Source: a virus | Taxonomy: Duplodnaviria > Caudoviricetes | Length of the DNA: 57,897 bases | IMG/VR virus record: IMGVR_UViG_3300027985_001099 | Span: 1 to 57,897 of that record | Strand: one strand, 5' to 3' | In this document: piece after piece, positions 19,854 to 28,988 of the stretch | How the letters are laid out: the number at the start of each line of letters is the position of its first letter | Position numbering within the stretch: the stretch's first letter is position 1 | Program-made: the position numbers and the translations under genes | Notes under the pieces: generated by a model | Databases searched by the model: none | The model's input: the letters and a program-made list of their open reading frames with translations, nothing else | What the model was told of the DNA's origin: nothing

Positions 19854-20547
19854 CCGTGGCCACCATGTCGTCTAGGGTCACATCCAGACCCAATTCCCGA
19901 ATCTCGCTCAGGGTATTCTCCCCGTCCTTAGTGTCTCGCTGCTCTACCATCCGCATATGCAGCTCATCCAGCAGGGACCGCACCGCCCGGTCGAGGTATA
20001 TCCGCTGGTCATCGTCCAGGGGCGACACCCGATCTACGTCTTCTACCCAAAGCCGAGTGACGTTTTTTATCAGTTTGAAACACTCGCCGAATTTAACCGC
20101 CACGTCCTCGGCACGGAATAGAAACCCTGCGGTTTCCTCCCATTTCTGGCGTTTCAGCATAGCGTCCCAGTAGTCCTTTTGAATGGCTACCGGGAGGTCC
20201 TTAGGCTTGATGCTTTGCAGGTATTCGTCCATGTCGACAACCGGATTGCACAAGTACGGCGCAGCATCGGCGATAGCCCATACCGGGCTACCGTTGACCA
20301 ACGCGACGGGCTTCAACACTCCGATCTTTCTGGAAACCGTCTTTTTGTCTAAATGGAATATGCTGGCCAGGGCCGTAAGGCTAACCCCCCCGATCAAATC
20401 GCTTATGCCTAGCTGCGACGGCTTGGCCGTGACCTGCGGCGTGCCCGCGTACAGCTCCTGCATCTGCTCACGATTTTCAGCTCGGGTGACCGCGGCCTTT
20501 TGCCCAGCCTCGCTCGCGCCTACCGTTGACCTAGGTTTCCTTGCCAT
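19825..20547 (-). CDS. terS: Terminase small subunit
   Basis: HTH-like N-terminal region, LPVAIQKDYWDA motif, overlaps terL start. Confidence 0.85.
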   Translation of the reverse strand: MARKPRSTVGASEAGQKAAVTRAENREQMQELYAGTPQVTAKPSQLGISDLIGGVSLTALASIFHLDKKTVSRKIGVLKPVALVNGSPVWAIADAAPYLCNPVVDMDEYLQSIKPKDLPVAIQKDYWDAMLKRQKWEETAGFLFRAEDVAVKFGECFKLIKNVTRLWVEDVDRVSPLDDDQRIYLDRAVRSLLDELHMRMVEQRDTKDGENTLSEIRELGLDVTLDDMVATDGEQEGSTD

Positions 20548-20609
20548 CCTTGGCTACTCAGCTAGTCCTCGTACCCAATAGACTAACACGAATTCCACGG
20601 GGCATGGAA

Positions 20610-20888
20610 TCAGGCGGGGCGTTCCGCCACCACCTTAACCTCAATGGTCCGCACTGCGGTGCGGCCTGCCGCCGTGCTGATCGTGTTCGTGACTGTGTAG
20701 CTAACCCCCTCGGTACCGCCGGACAGCCAAACCTTGGCATCCGTGCTGGTGTGCTCGGACCCGGCGATAGTGATCCCATCATCCGCTCGCCAGGTTGATG
20801 TGTTGATCGTGTCGGTACCGAGCCATCTGGCCCAGCGGATATCGTAGTCTAGCAGTTCCTCGGAATCCTTTATGAACAGCATAGTCAC
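20610..20888 (-). CDS. Putative fibre adaptor protein
   Basis: KDSEELLDYDIRW..WL...VWLSGGT.G..Y.VTN.I.T..GRT resembles phage fibre-adaptor families (recalled, not searched). Confidence 0.55.
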   Translation of the reverse strand: MTMLFIKDSEELLDYDIRWARWLGTDTINTSTWRADDGITIAGSEHTSTDAKVWLSGGTEGVSYTVTNTISTAAGRTAVRTIEVKVVAERPA

Positions 20889-21847
20889 CCTCCTGGGATC
20901 GTATCGTTGGTCCGGGTCTCGTGAGCAACCAAGGCCCGTACCTCGGGCTGCACCTCGGCGCCCCTTGTCTCACGACAAATCGAGGCCTCCCGGGTACCCG
21001 GTGTCGGGTCAACCCGCCTGGCGTCCGGTTCGACCAGTCGAGTGCGCAGCTTCGGCGCGTCCAGGAACGTCACCTGCACATACGCCATAATCGCTCTAGT
21101 GCTCTGCCCGATTACTGCAACACCCTCTAGCGGACGAAATGACTGCAGCTTGGCGGACACGATAGCGGGGCAGGCCGCAGCGTTTGCCTCCATGGCGACC
21201 GTTGCCACCAAGTCGGCATAGGCCATCACTACCGAGGCCGCAGTACCTTCCAGGGGTTTTTGAACCTCAAGGGATCCAATAGCCCCTGGAGCCGCCAAGG
21301 TGTCGGCGGCTAGGATTACTGTGGTTTCAAGACTCGCGGACCCTAGGGCGACAACGGCAGCTTCCCCGGAAATGGCTACGTAGACCTCGAGGTTACCGAG
21401 GGCAACCGCCTCGGCCGAAACCTCCGCGGCTAGCCGGGTCTCGGTGGTAAGTTCCGCCGCAGCTTCTGCCGACAGCGCGCAAGACCCAGACAGTAGCACT
21501 TGGGTTATTACGCTAGCCGACGTACCAACTGACGAACTCACCTCGGCCGATAGCGATACTTGCGTTTCGAGGGACGCATTGACCGCGGGCGACGATACGG
21601 CCGTGCCGGCAAGATTGTGCGCAGTTCCCCCGGCGAACGTTGCCTCCGCCGACGACACCACCGCCGCCGACCCCGATATGGGGTTTACGTTCTCAACCAG
21701 CCACTCCACGGCTATTTGAGTGACCCGGGCGTGTACCTGTGGGTCACTCACCAACAGCTCCACGGCTATTTGAGTGACCCTAGCGTCTACTGCATCAACC
21801 GAAACGAGCCATTCTTCCGCGATCTGCGTTATACGGGCATCGGTCAT
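20885..21847 (-). CDS. Ala/Val/Ser-rich repeat protein, putative fibre scaffold
   Basis: Three ARVTQIAVE-like repeats followed by about nine 20-aa repeats; coupled start/stop overlaps with neighbours. Confidence 0.55.
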   Translation of the reverse strand: MTDARITQIAEEWLVSVDAVDARVTQIAVELLVSDPQVHARVTQIAVEWLVENVNPISGSAAVVSSAEATFAGGTAHNLAGTAVSSPAVNASLETQVSLSAEVSSSVGTSASVITQVLLSGSCALSAEAAAELTTETRLAAEVSAEAVALGNLEVYVAISGEAAVVALGSASLETTVILAADTLAAPGAIGSLEVQKPLEGTAASVVMAYADLVATVAMEANAAACPAIVSAKLQSFRPLEGVAVIGQSTRAIMAYVQVTFLDAPKLRTRLVEPDARRVDPTPGTREASICRETRGAEVQPEVRALVAHETRTNDTIPGG

Positions 21848-22893
21848 GTCACAATCTCAACCCCGATGTTAGCCGAGTTCGCTCCGGCGGCAGTCCAGGC
21901 CACGCCGGTGTTGGGGTCGGTTTGGAAATGGTCTATCTGCTGGCTATACGCGTCCGTGGACGGTGACCACGATAGGCCGTTTCCCGTAACCGCGCCGGAT
22001 TTCACAATGGCCCGAATCGTCCGGCTGCCAGCATCGGTTTTTTTGCCTCGGTGCTTAACCGCCATGTTGTATATCGTCGGGCTACCTGAGAGCGCCGGGA
22101 ATGTGAACGTTGACTTGTGTCCTGCTGTATTTCCGTACAGGTACCCAGCGTCACCGTCACCGCCCCCCGTATCATTGACCAGAGTGTTGCCGACAGACCC
22201 TGAGGATTTCAGCAAATCTGCTTGTGCCGTGTCCCCGTTAGGCAGGTTCGTGATAAAGCGCTTATCGCTGATCGGGACCGTGAACGCGCTGGCGTCTTGC
22301 ACGATGTACCAATCATCAACGTATTTTGCTGGGGTGCCCGAGGCTGCCGTCCCCTGGCCGGATAAACACATGTATATAACATTATTGACGGTTTTCAGGT
22401 CACTGGCGGACACGCTAACCGCCGGGTCCGGGTTACCGTTTAAGTGGATCGCCAGAGTGCCCGCGGTGCCGTGCCAGTACAGCCGAACTTCAACGAATTT
22501 CCACAGGCCCGGGGGGACGACATTGTCCGCCGACGAACCTAACACTGTCAGGGCGTCACCGTAAACGGTGAGTCCGTTGTTGGCGTTGACGTACACCCCC
22601 GCATGTGTGGTCGGGCCATTTTGGTATGTCTTGGAGTCAGAAAACTGCAACAGACATGAGTTCTGCGCCCCGTTATCAAACTTGTGCGCAAAGCCGGCCT
22701 GCACGTACGGCAGGGCGGGGTCTAACAGCCGGGATAGGTTATTAAGCGTGTACTGGTACTGGAGACACCCGCCACCGAAACGCCCCCCGGATGGGAGGAA
22801 TGTGGTGTTGGACTCGGTTGCGGAATAGTTGTTTGCTGGCTCTGTGGTGTCGCCGTATAGGTCGAAGCCATCCTGCCACGTTAAAGTCGTCAT
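21844..22893 (-). CDS. Putative virion fibre/receptor-binding protein (lectin-like beta-sandwich)
   Basis: DGFD N-terminus, WKFVEVRL...GTLAIHLNG and YVDDWYI LamG-like motifs, DPNTGVAWT C-terminus. Confidence 0.55.
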   Translation of the reverse strand: MTTLTWQDGFDLYGDTTEPANNYSATESNTTFLPSGGRFGGGCLQYQYTLNNLSRLLDPALPYVQAGFAHKFDNGAQNSCLLQFSDSKTYQNGPTTHAGVYVNANNGLTVYGDALTVLGSSADNVVPPGLWKFVEVRLYWHGTAGTLAIHLNGNPDPAVSVSASDLKTVNNVIYMCLSGQGTAASGTPAKYVDDWYIVQDASAFTVPISDKRFITNLPNGDTAQADLLKSSGSVGNTLVNDTGGGDGDAGYLYGNTAGHKSTFTFPALSGSPTIYNMAVKHRGKKTDAGSRTIRAIVKSGAVTGNGLSWSPSTDAYSQQIDHFQTDPNTGVAWTAAGANSANIGVEIVT

Positions 22894-22943
22894 GATGGCT
22901 CCCCTTTGTGTCGTCAGGACGGGCGGCTGAAAGCCGCCTCGAA

Positions 22944-23384
22944 TTAGTTATCGAACTGCACTGACAGGTTCGCCGCCTGGAATACCGGTGCCGAGTCACC
23001 ATTGTTGATGGTTTTTGGCACCGTCAGGGCCCCGTAGATGAGCTCGTTACCGCCACTGGAGGCGTCCATTATGGCAAAGTGGGTGACCAGGCCCCAGTCG
23101 GCGGTCGGGGCCGGAAACGTAATGGGGTTGTTGTTCGATGTGGTGCCGCTGGTACCGGTCGACGCTGTGGTGGACCCTGCCGCCTGGGTACCTGCCCAGT
23201 TTGCCAGGGAGCAGGTAATCGCAACTCGGGCGTAGGACCCACCGGAAACCTCAGTACCACCGCCCGCGTCGGCCGGCGCCGAGGTAAACAGGGCGACATA
23301 CACGGTAGCCGGCGGAGTAAACGCCTGGCCACGGAGCATCCAGTCGATCAGTTTGTTTTCTACGTAGTCTGAAAAAGCGGACAT
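22944..23384 (-). CDS. Putative fibre subunit
   Basis: MSAFSDYVENK...VYVALFT...EVSGGSYARV...ITFP.PTADWG..THFAI.DA.SGGN, a widespread phage fibre-like family. Confidence 0.65.
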   Translation of the reverse strand: MSAFSDYVENKLIDWMLRGQAFTPPATVYVALFTSAPADAGGGTEVSGGSYARVAITCSLANWAGTQAAGSTTASTGTSGTTSNNNPITFPAPTADWGLVTHFAIMDASSGGNELIYGALTVPKTINNGDSAPVFQAANLSVQFDN

Positions 23385-23456
23385 GTTGTGTTCCCTCACG
23401 TTTCAGGCCCATCCTGGGCCATTAGGTGCCATTTTACGCCAGCATACCGGCGTTGG

Positions 23457-24824
23457 CTATTTCAGCAACAATCTCCGGGCTTGAACCAGAGCGTGCTGTA
23501 GTGTGCTCCGTCCGGCCAATACTTCGAGAACCCGGTAGTCCAGAGTCCCTTTAGCCAGCAGGTGATGGATGAAGCTGGGGCGGGTTTGCCCCGGGCGATG
23601 AAGCCGTTTGTTGAGCTGCTGGTATTGCTCTAGCGACCAGGTCAACCCGAACCACACGATGATCGACCCGCCAAATTGCAAGTTCAGGCCATGGCCTCCG
23701 CTCTGAGGGTGGACCAGCAAAATGTCGATCTTTCCGGCGTTCCAGTCGCGGACTGCGTTATCCTCCTGGTTTAGAACTACGGCCTGGGGGTACCGCTGCT
23801 TGATGCGTTGCATGTCCGTTTTGTAGCTGTATGCGACTAATACCGGATGCCCCGCAGCGGATTCGATCAGGTCATCTAGCGCCTCCAATTTGGCTGAGTG
23901 TACCTCGTGCGGCTGCCGCTCACCATCGTACACGCACCCGTTCGCAAATTGGAGCAGCTTGTTAGTTAGGATCGCCGCCGTCTTAGCCTCGATCAGGCTC
24001 TCATCCTCGGGGAGATCCAGCAGGTACTCCTTCGCAAAGTCACGGTACTGACGGGCTACGGTATCTGGAAGGCTAACGGGAATGTTGTTGTAGGTTACCG
24101 GCGGCAACTTGGGGTAATACTCCGCCGGCAGGCTATAGCATAACCCATCTAGTGCCGTCTCGATCTCCTGGGCGGCTCCCTTTCGGAGGGTGTACGTCCA
24201 TCCGGTATAATCCTCGTCAAACCACCGGCGCCTAAAACTGGTAACCGTTCGGCCAAGGGCCACGCCGGCGTCTAGCAAGAACACCTGAGCCCACAGGTCA
24301 ATATACCCCTTTGGCGCCGGCGTGCCGGTTAGCTCCACAAAGCGGTCCATGTGCTTACGGACAGAACAGACGGCCCCAAACCGGCTGAGCCGGCCAGTAC
24401 CGGTTCTGCGCTTGTGGTTTTTAAGCCCTGAGCTCTCGTCCCATATGACCATGTCGTACGGCCACTTTCGCCCATGTAGCTGTACCAGCCAGGGAATGTT
24501 CTCCCGGTTGATTATGTGGACCGGGGCCGGGTCAAACGCGGCTTTTTCCCGCTTAGCCACTGGTCCTACCAGTACGGAATAGGGCATCCACTTGGTGTGC
24601 TGCCAGCTGCCAATCTCATCGGGCCAAACGTCAGTGGCCACGCGTTTAGGCGCCACAACCAGGACCTTCCCGACCTCAAAGCTCATCAGCAGGTCTGCCA
24701 CCGCGGTCAGCGTGATCACGGTCTTCCCGGCGCCCATGTCCAACCAAAGCGCAATAACCGCCTGCTGTACCACCAGGTTCGAGAAATACGGCTGGTAGGG
24801 CCTAAGCTGAGATCGCGTCAACAA
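23457..24824 (-). CDS. SNF2-like superfamily 2 helicase
   Basis: DMGAGKT, DESS, LTGTP, GHGLNLQ and RLHRPGQ motifs. Confidence 0.95.
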   Translation of the reverse strand: MLTRSQLRPYQPYFSNLVVQQAVIALWLDMGAGKTVITLTAVADLLMSFEVGKVLVVAPKRVATDVWPDEIGSWQHTKWMPYSVLVGPVAKREKAAFDPAPVHIINRENIPWLVQLHGRKWPYDMVIWDESSGLKNHKRRTGTGRLSRFGAVCSVRKHMDRFVELTGTPAPKGYIDLWAQVFLLDAGVALGRTVTSFRRRWFDEDYTGWTYTLRKGAAQEIETALDGLCYSLPAEYYPKLPPVTYNNIPVSLPDTVARQYRDFAKEYLLDLPEDESLIEAKTAAILTNKLLQFANGCVYDGERQPHEVHSAKLEALDDLIESAAGHPVLVAYSYKTDMQRIKQRYPQAVVLNQEDNAVRDWNAGKIDILLVHPQSGGHGLNLQFGGSIIVWFGLTWSLEQYQQLNKRLHRPGQTRPSFIHHLLAKGTLDYRVLEVLAGRSTLQHALVQARRLLLK

Positions 24825-25089
24825 GGCGAAATCCCTTCGCTAGGTCATCAATAACGTACACCTCAAACCCTCGGTCCCGCAGCTCCTTATGCCGCAATAG
24901 CTGCTGTGAGGTCGGGTCTTCTCCCGGGGCTTTAAACTCTATGAACACGGCCTTACCGCGGCGCATTAACATCCGGTCAGGTCGGCCCCGCGGGACACCC
25001 CCTGACAACTTGTACACAAGCCAGCCAAAGCCGGCCGCATAGTCACACACTGACCTCTCTATGTGCGATTCCCGATACGTCTCGCCCAT
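24802..25089 (-). CDS. VRR-NUC nuclease
   Basis: ES.IE...GRPDR...FIEFKAPG...Q. Confidence 0.9.
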   Translation of the reverse strand: MGETYRESHIERSVCDYAAGFGWLVYKLSGGVPRGRPDRMLMRRGKAVFIEFKAPGEDPTSQQLLRHKELRDRGFEVYVIDDLAKGFRLVDAISA

Positions 25090-25099
25090 CCTGAGCCTC

Positions 25100-27163
25100 C
25101 TAGTCCTTGCGATAGCACCAACTGACGTAACCTGCAGCTTTCAACGGTAGCCCCGGCGCCCAGCTTGGTACCTGCTCCATGCACTCTATAAGCTCGTGCA
25201 GCCCTTGGTCGGGGGCGCTGCCGTCTGTGACCGATACGATCTCATCATGTACGTGCAACACAACCTCAATTCCTCGCCGGTCGGCTTGTACCAGCCCGTG
25301 GGCCAAAATATCCCGGGACACCGCCTGGTCGATATTCTCCGCCAGCTTGCCTGGGTGTGTGTTGAGCCGCACCCACTGTTTGCGCTCGTTTAGTCCCTCG
25401 TAGGTAATGCCGAGATGGTAGTCACCCCAAGGCATCCGGCACATTTCCAGAGCCGGCCTGCAGTAGTGCAGGCGGCGACCTGACGGCAGCAGGATCCGCA
25501 TAAACGGCCCATCGATATCGAATATCACCCGTCTAGCCCCCTCGCCAACTGCCTGTGGCTCGTGACTGGCAATGCAAAGTCTAGCCGCCTTGTCCAGGGC
25601 CCACCACCAATCGACGACCTTCGTATACGTGGCCCGGAAAACCTTAACCGATAGCTCCGCTTGTTCCGGTGTGAGGCGTACCCCCATATCCCAGGCGTAC
25701 CCAAGCAGCCCCGTTGCCGAGACCTCGCCAGTCTTTGGGTCCTCGATAACCTGCCCCTTGCTGAGCATGTACCCGCAGCCGAGAACCCCGGGCTTGGCCA
25801 CCGTGCGCTTAGTCTTATCCCCAGCTTTGTACTCCGCTTCGAGCACGGAATACGGCTTGTCGTAGATGTAGGTGGCAAAGTCTAGGTACGGACACCGGCC
25901 GGCTGCGAATACCTGAAGAATCTTTGGCTCGTCGGCCAGCCAGCCAAGTACCCGGTTTTCTATGGCGTTAAGGTCCGCTACCGCCAGGGCCTGCCCCTCG
26001 GGTGCCTGGATAGACCCGCGTACGCAAGATGACAACGTATCCATGACCGGTGCCGGGGATACCACCGATAATACCGCTGCAGATAGGTCCCCAACATCGC
26101 GCACTGCTTGCGAGTACTCTGGGTCCTTCTCAAGGGCTTTAACCGGTCGCGCCAGATTCTGCCCCTGTAGGATCCGGCCGGCAAACCTTCCAGTACGGAG
26201 AGCCCCTAAAAACTGAATCGTATTGCGTAGCCTACCGTCGGCGTCCACCGCCCGTTGAATGGCGTGGTATTTTTTCACGCTCGTCTTGGCAGACTGTTTA
26301 CGGAGCTCAAGTACCCTCCGCAGCTGACCGGACAAGGCCTCATCTTCGAGGGCCTTGCGGATGTGCCCCTTTTGCAAATCGTTGAATGGGTACCCGCGGG
26401 ACTGCGCCCAGGGGAGCAGCTGAGTGGCCGAATTGGAGTTAGCTAGCCTAGTTATCCGGTTTTGTTCTCCCAGCAGGTGCTGCAGCTCATCGCGGATTAC
26501 TGTGCAGGCGTTGTCGACCATGCGGAGGTTGATGGGTAGCCCGGCTTCGTTGATCCTGCGGTCAAGTCGCCACAGTTCAATCTCGCTATCCAAGGGCGGC
26601 CAGCGGCGAATGCGTCGGAATATGGCGCGCTCCGCGGCCACGTCGCGCCGGTTATAAAGCTTGAACGTCTCCCAAGCCTCCGGGTCTGTTGTCCGGTCCC
26701 GAAATCCGCCAGCAAAGGTTTTGGTTTTCGCATTGGGCGTACAAAAGCGCCGTATCAACGCCCTACCCTCCGCCATCTTCAGGTATTCTTCCGGCAATTT
26801 GATAACCTGGCCTGCCTTTTCCAGCTTGCCCGGTATCCCGAGGGACATGGCCCAGGCCATGGTGCAAAACCACTGGTGCAGGTCCATCGGGATCTGCAGG
26901 ACGTGCTCGAAAATGGTGAGCTCAAACGCCGCATTCCAAGCCTGCTTGCGTACCGATGGATCGCGAAGGAGACCTAGTAAGTCTTTGCCCAGGGTCTGTC
27001 CCTCGGCAAACACCACCTGCTCAATTGGGTCATCATTGACTGCCCACGACAGCATCAACGCCTCGGTGGAACGGTCCCGGGCATAACGGCTGACTCCGTC
27101 TTCTATGTTCCGCTTAGACCGGGTTTCGAAGTCCAAAAACAAGTAATCCATGGTGTTCCTCAC
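25100..27163 (-). CDS. pol: DNA polymerase, family A, with 3'-5' exonuclease
   Basis: LDFETRS, WNAAFE and YNRRD exonuclease motifs; TGRFA, ADLNAIE, R..AK...LG.GY and HVHDE polymerase motifs. Confidence 0.95.
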   Translation of the reverse strand: MRNTMDYLFLDFETRSKRNIEDGVSRYARDRSTEALMLSWAVNDDPIEQVVFAEGQTLGKDLLGLLRDPSVRKQAWNAAFELTIFEHVLQIPMDLHQWFCTMAWAMSLGIPGKLEKAGQVIKLPEEYLKMAEGRALIRRFCTPNAKTKTFAGGFRDRTTDPEAWETFKLYNRRDVAAERAIFRRIRRWPPLDSEIELWRLDRRINEAGLPINLRMVDNACTVIRDELQHLLGEQNRITRLANSNSATQLLPWAQSRGYPFNDLQKGHIRKALEDEALSGQLRRVLELRKQSAKTSVKKYHAIQRAVDADGRLRNTIQFLGALRTGRFAGRILQGQNLARPVKALEKDPEYSQAVRDVGDLSAAVLSVVSPAPVMDTLSSCVRGSIQAPEGQALAVADLNAIENRVLGWLADEPKILQVFAAGRCPYLDFATYIYDKPYSVLEAEYKAGDKTKRTVAKPGVLGCGYMLSKGQVIEDPKTGEVSATGLLGYAWDMGVRLTPEQAELSVKVFRATYTKVVDWWWALDKAARLCIASHEPQAVGEGARRVIFDIDGPFMRILLPSGRRLHYCRPALEMCRMPWGDYHLGITYEGLNERKQWVRLNTHPGKLAENIDQAVSRDILAHGLVQADRRGIEVVLHVHDEIVSVTDGSAPDQGLHELIECMEQVPSWAPGLPLKAAGYVSWCYRKD
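26629..26686 (-). repeat. 58-bp exact repeat, copy A (in pol)
   Basis: Reverse complement is identical to 44135-44192. Confidence 0.95.
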
Positions 27164-27165
27164 GA

Positions 27166-27181
27166 CGTTTCACGTGGAACA
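27166..27181. promoter_or_regulatory. parS: parS site 4 (CGTTTCACGTGGAACA), immediately upstream of pol
   Basis: Identical to site 3; lies between a hairpin and the pol start. Confidence 0.8.
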
Positions 27182-27203
27182 AAGCCCCGCCTAGGCGGGG
27201 CCT
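27181..27203 (-). terminator. Hairpin/weak terminator between ssDNA-binding gene and pol
   Basis: GCCCCGCC-TA-GGCGGGGC followed by TTTGTT on the minus strand. Confidence 0.55.
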
Positions 27204-27208
27204 GCGAG

Positions 27209-27802
27209 TCACTCCCACTGGTCGGGTGCGCCCTCGCCATCGTCCTCGTCCTCGTCGAAATCCTCGAAGTCCTTGGCGGTGGCCGAAGCGGCGCCGATCT
27301 TCTCCCCATGAGCGGCAAACTTGATGCCTTCCAGGGAACAGTTCACCTGCCGGCCTGCGGCGGCTTCCATGGCGTAGAATCGGATCATGGCGTGAACGTA
27401 ACACCCGCCATAAATTGTGCCGTCGTCCGTCAGCAATTGCTGCTGGCCGCGGAATACCGGAACCGGGCCCTGGGATTCGGCGCGGTTGGCCGACAGGTAA
27501 AAATGCCCTTTATACAGGTCCCCGGTGCGCCCGCAATTGTCTGAGTCACCGTCCCGAAGGGCGCAGTTGTCAAACTTGAGCTTGACCGCTTCCCCAGGCC
27601 ATTTTGCCTCGAATGCCGCCTTAATCGCCTTTTTGATCTGGGCTATGGCCTCTTTGTCGGCTTCTTTGTCAAAGTAGAACTCCGCGCCATAGCGGGGCTT
27701 GCCGTCACCACCGTCATTTTTCACGGTTTCGGCTTTGTAGCATTTCGGATACAGCATCCGCACCCGGCGCAGTTTCACCTCGGTATTCGGTTTCTCAGCC
27801 AT
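27209..27802 (-). CDS. ssDNA-binding protein (DUF2815/gp2.5-like)
   Basis: LRDGD, IYGGCYV and LEGIKF...GEKIG motifs; acidic C-terminus. Confidence 0.9.
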   Translation of the reverse strand: MAEKPNTEVKLRRVRMLYPKCYKAETVKNDGGDGKPRYGAEFYFDKEADKEAIAQIKKAIKAAFEAKWPGEAVKLKFDNCALRDGDSDNCGRTGDLYKGHFYLSANRAESQGPVPVFRGQQQLLTDDGTIYGGCYVHAMIRFYAMEAAAGRQVNCSLEGIKFAAHGEKIGAASATAKDFEDFDEDEDDGEGAPDQWE

Positions 27803-27828
27803 GACGTTTCCCTTTTGTGTGTCGTGGG

Positions 27829-28986
27829 CTAATCCTCGCCCAGGTCTGCCAATGCCGCGCCCGGATCGGTTACCGGGGGGCGTCTATCACTCGCGGGTGC
27901 CAGCACTACCTCGCCTTGCGCTCGCGATACTAACGACGAGACCTGCGTGCGTAGCGCCTTGGGTAACCGCTTCTCTATAGCGGAAGGGCTCAGCATTTTA
28001 GTCTCGTAAATTTGATCTGGGTCAATTAACCATTGCAGAATGAAAGCCGCGGCCTGGTCATCGCGCCACTGCCGCTTGGTTCTGGACGCCACAAGTTTGA
28101 AGCCCGGGAAAGCTTCACCGGCCTTCATCCGGGCGGTTGCGTGCGCCTCAAGGTTGTTGAGCCAATGTCGGACGGAATCCGCAGCCTCAAGCAACTCGAC
28201 GACCTGGTCCGTGCCCAAGTGGTCGACTGGCCGAAGCGTCGTATCCGTCCCGACGAGACCGGTCATGTGCTGCGCCAACTGGGGGCAGCGGGGCGCGAAC
28301 CGGCAGTACCTGCACTGGACCTCACCGGGTACCCGCGGGGCATCCGGCTGGAGCGCCAAAGTGGCCACTTTCTTCACACGCTTCCCAAACTGCAATACCT
28401 CGGCTGTGGGAAGCTCCCACTCGACCAGCTTGTCGCCGTAAAAAATCCTGGGCTGATATATCCGAAACCGGAAACGCTTTATGCGCTCGGGTAGTCCGAA
28501 GGCGTTGAAGACCCCAAGGCCGTAGATCTGCAGCTGTTCTCGGGCATGGGCTACGCCTAGACCCCACTTCAGGTCCTCAACAAAGATGGTGTCATCCTTC
28601 GACCCGCCTATGTCCAGGGTTCCAAATCCGTTGGGTATCCATCTGGAAAGGTCTACCCGCCACTCGGAGCAAATGTCGTCGTGTTCGTCACGGATCGAGT
28701 TCACGACCCAATCCAGATGATCGATCACCTCGTCGTCCACCAGGAAATCACACGGAGCTGAGTCGTCACGACGGATCTTGATGACGTCCCCGAGGTAATC
28801 CGATGGCTGGGTACCGTTTTTCAGACAGCGCTCTAGCAGCATATGTGCTGCGGTACCCTCGGACGCTTCAACCCCGGATATATGGGGCCCGTATAGGGCT
28901 GCCATGTGCTGCTCTGCCTTGATGGCCCCCGGGCAGCGCATCCACTTTGGGGCCGCAGAGGGCCCCAGCAGGTGATGTGCCGACAT
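27829..28986 (-). CDS. DUF2800 Cas4-like PD-(D/E)XK exonuclease
   Basis: H.LLGPS.A.KW..CPG, EGTAAH, FGTLD, DLKWG, QLQIY and C..C....C motifs. Confidence 0.9.
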   Translation of the reverse strand: MSAHHLLGPSAAPKWMRCPGAIKAEQHMAALYGPHISGVEASEGTAAHMLLERCLKNGTQPSDYLGDVIKIRRDDSAPCDFLVDDEVIDHLDWVVNSIRDEHDDICSEWRVDLSRWIPNGFGTLDIGGSKDDTIFVEDLKWGLGVAHAREQLQIYGLGVFNAFGLPERIKRFRFRIYQPRIFYGDKLVEWELPTAEVLQFGKRVKKVATLALQPDAPRVPGEVQCRYCRFAPRCPQLAQHMTGLVGTDTTLRPVDHLGTDQVVELLEAADSVRHWLNNLEAHATARMKAGEAFPGFKLVASRTKRQWRDDQAAAFILQWLIDPDQIYETKMLSPSAIEKRLPKALRTQVSSLVSRAQGEVVLAPASDRRPPVTDPGAALADLGED

Positions 28987-28988
28987 AA

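Noticed and set aside
21560-22564. 334-aa plus-strand ORF and similar long antisense ORFs (e.g. 54028-54621, 14143-14826)
   Set aside because: Shadow frames of GC-rich minus-strand genes with no RBS or recognisable motif
26629-26686. Diversity-generating retroelement TR/VR pair
   Set aside because: The copies are identical with no adenine-specific changes and no RT gene is present
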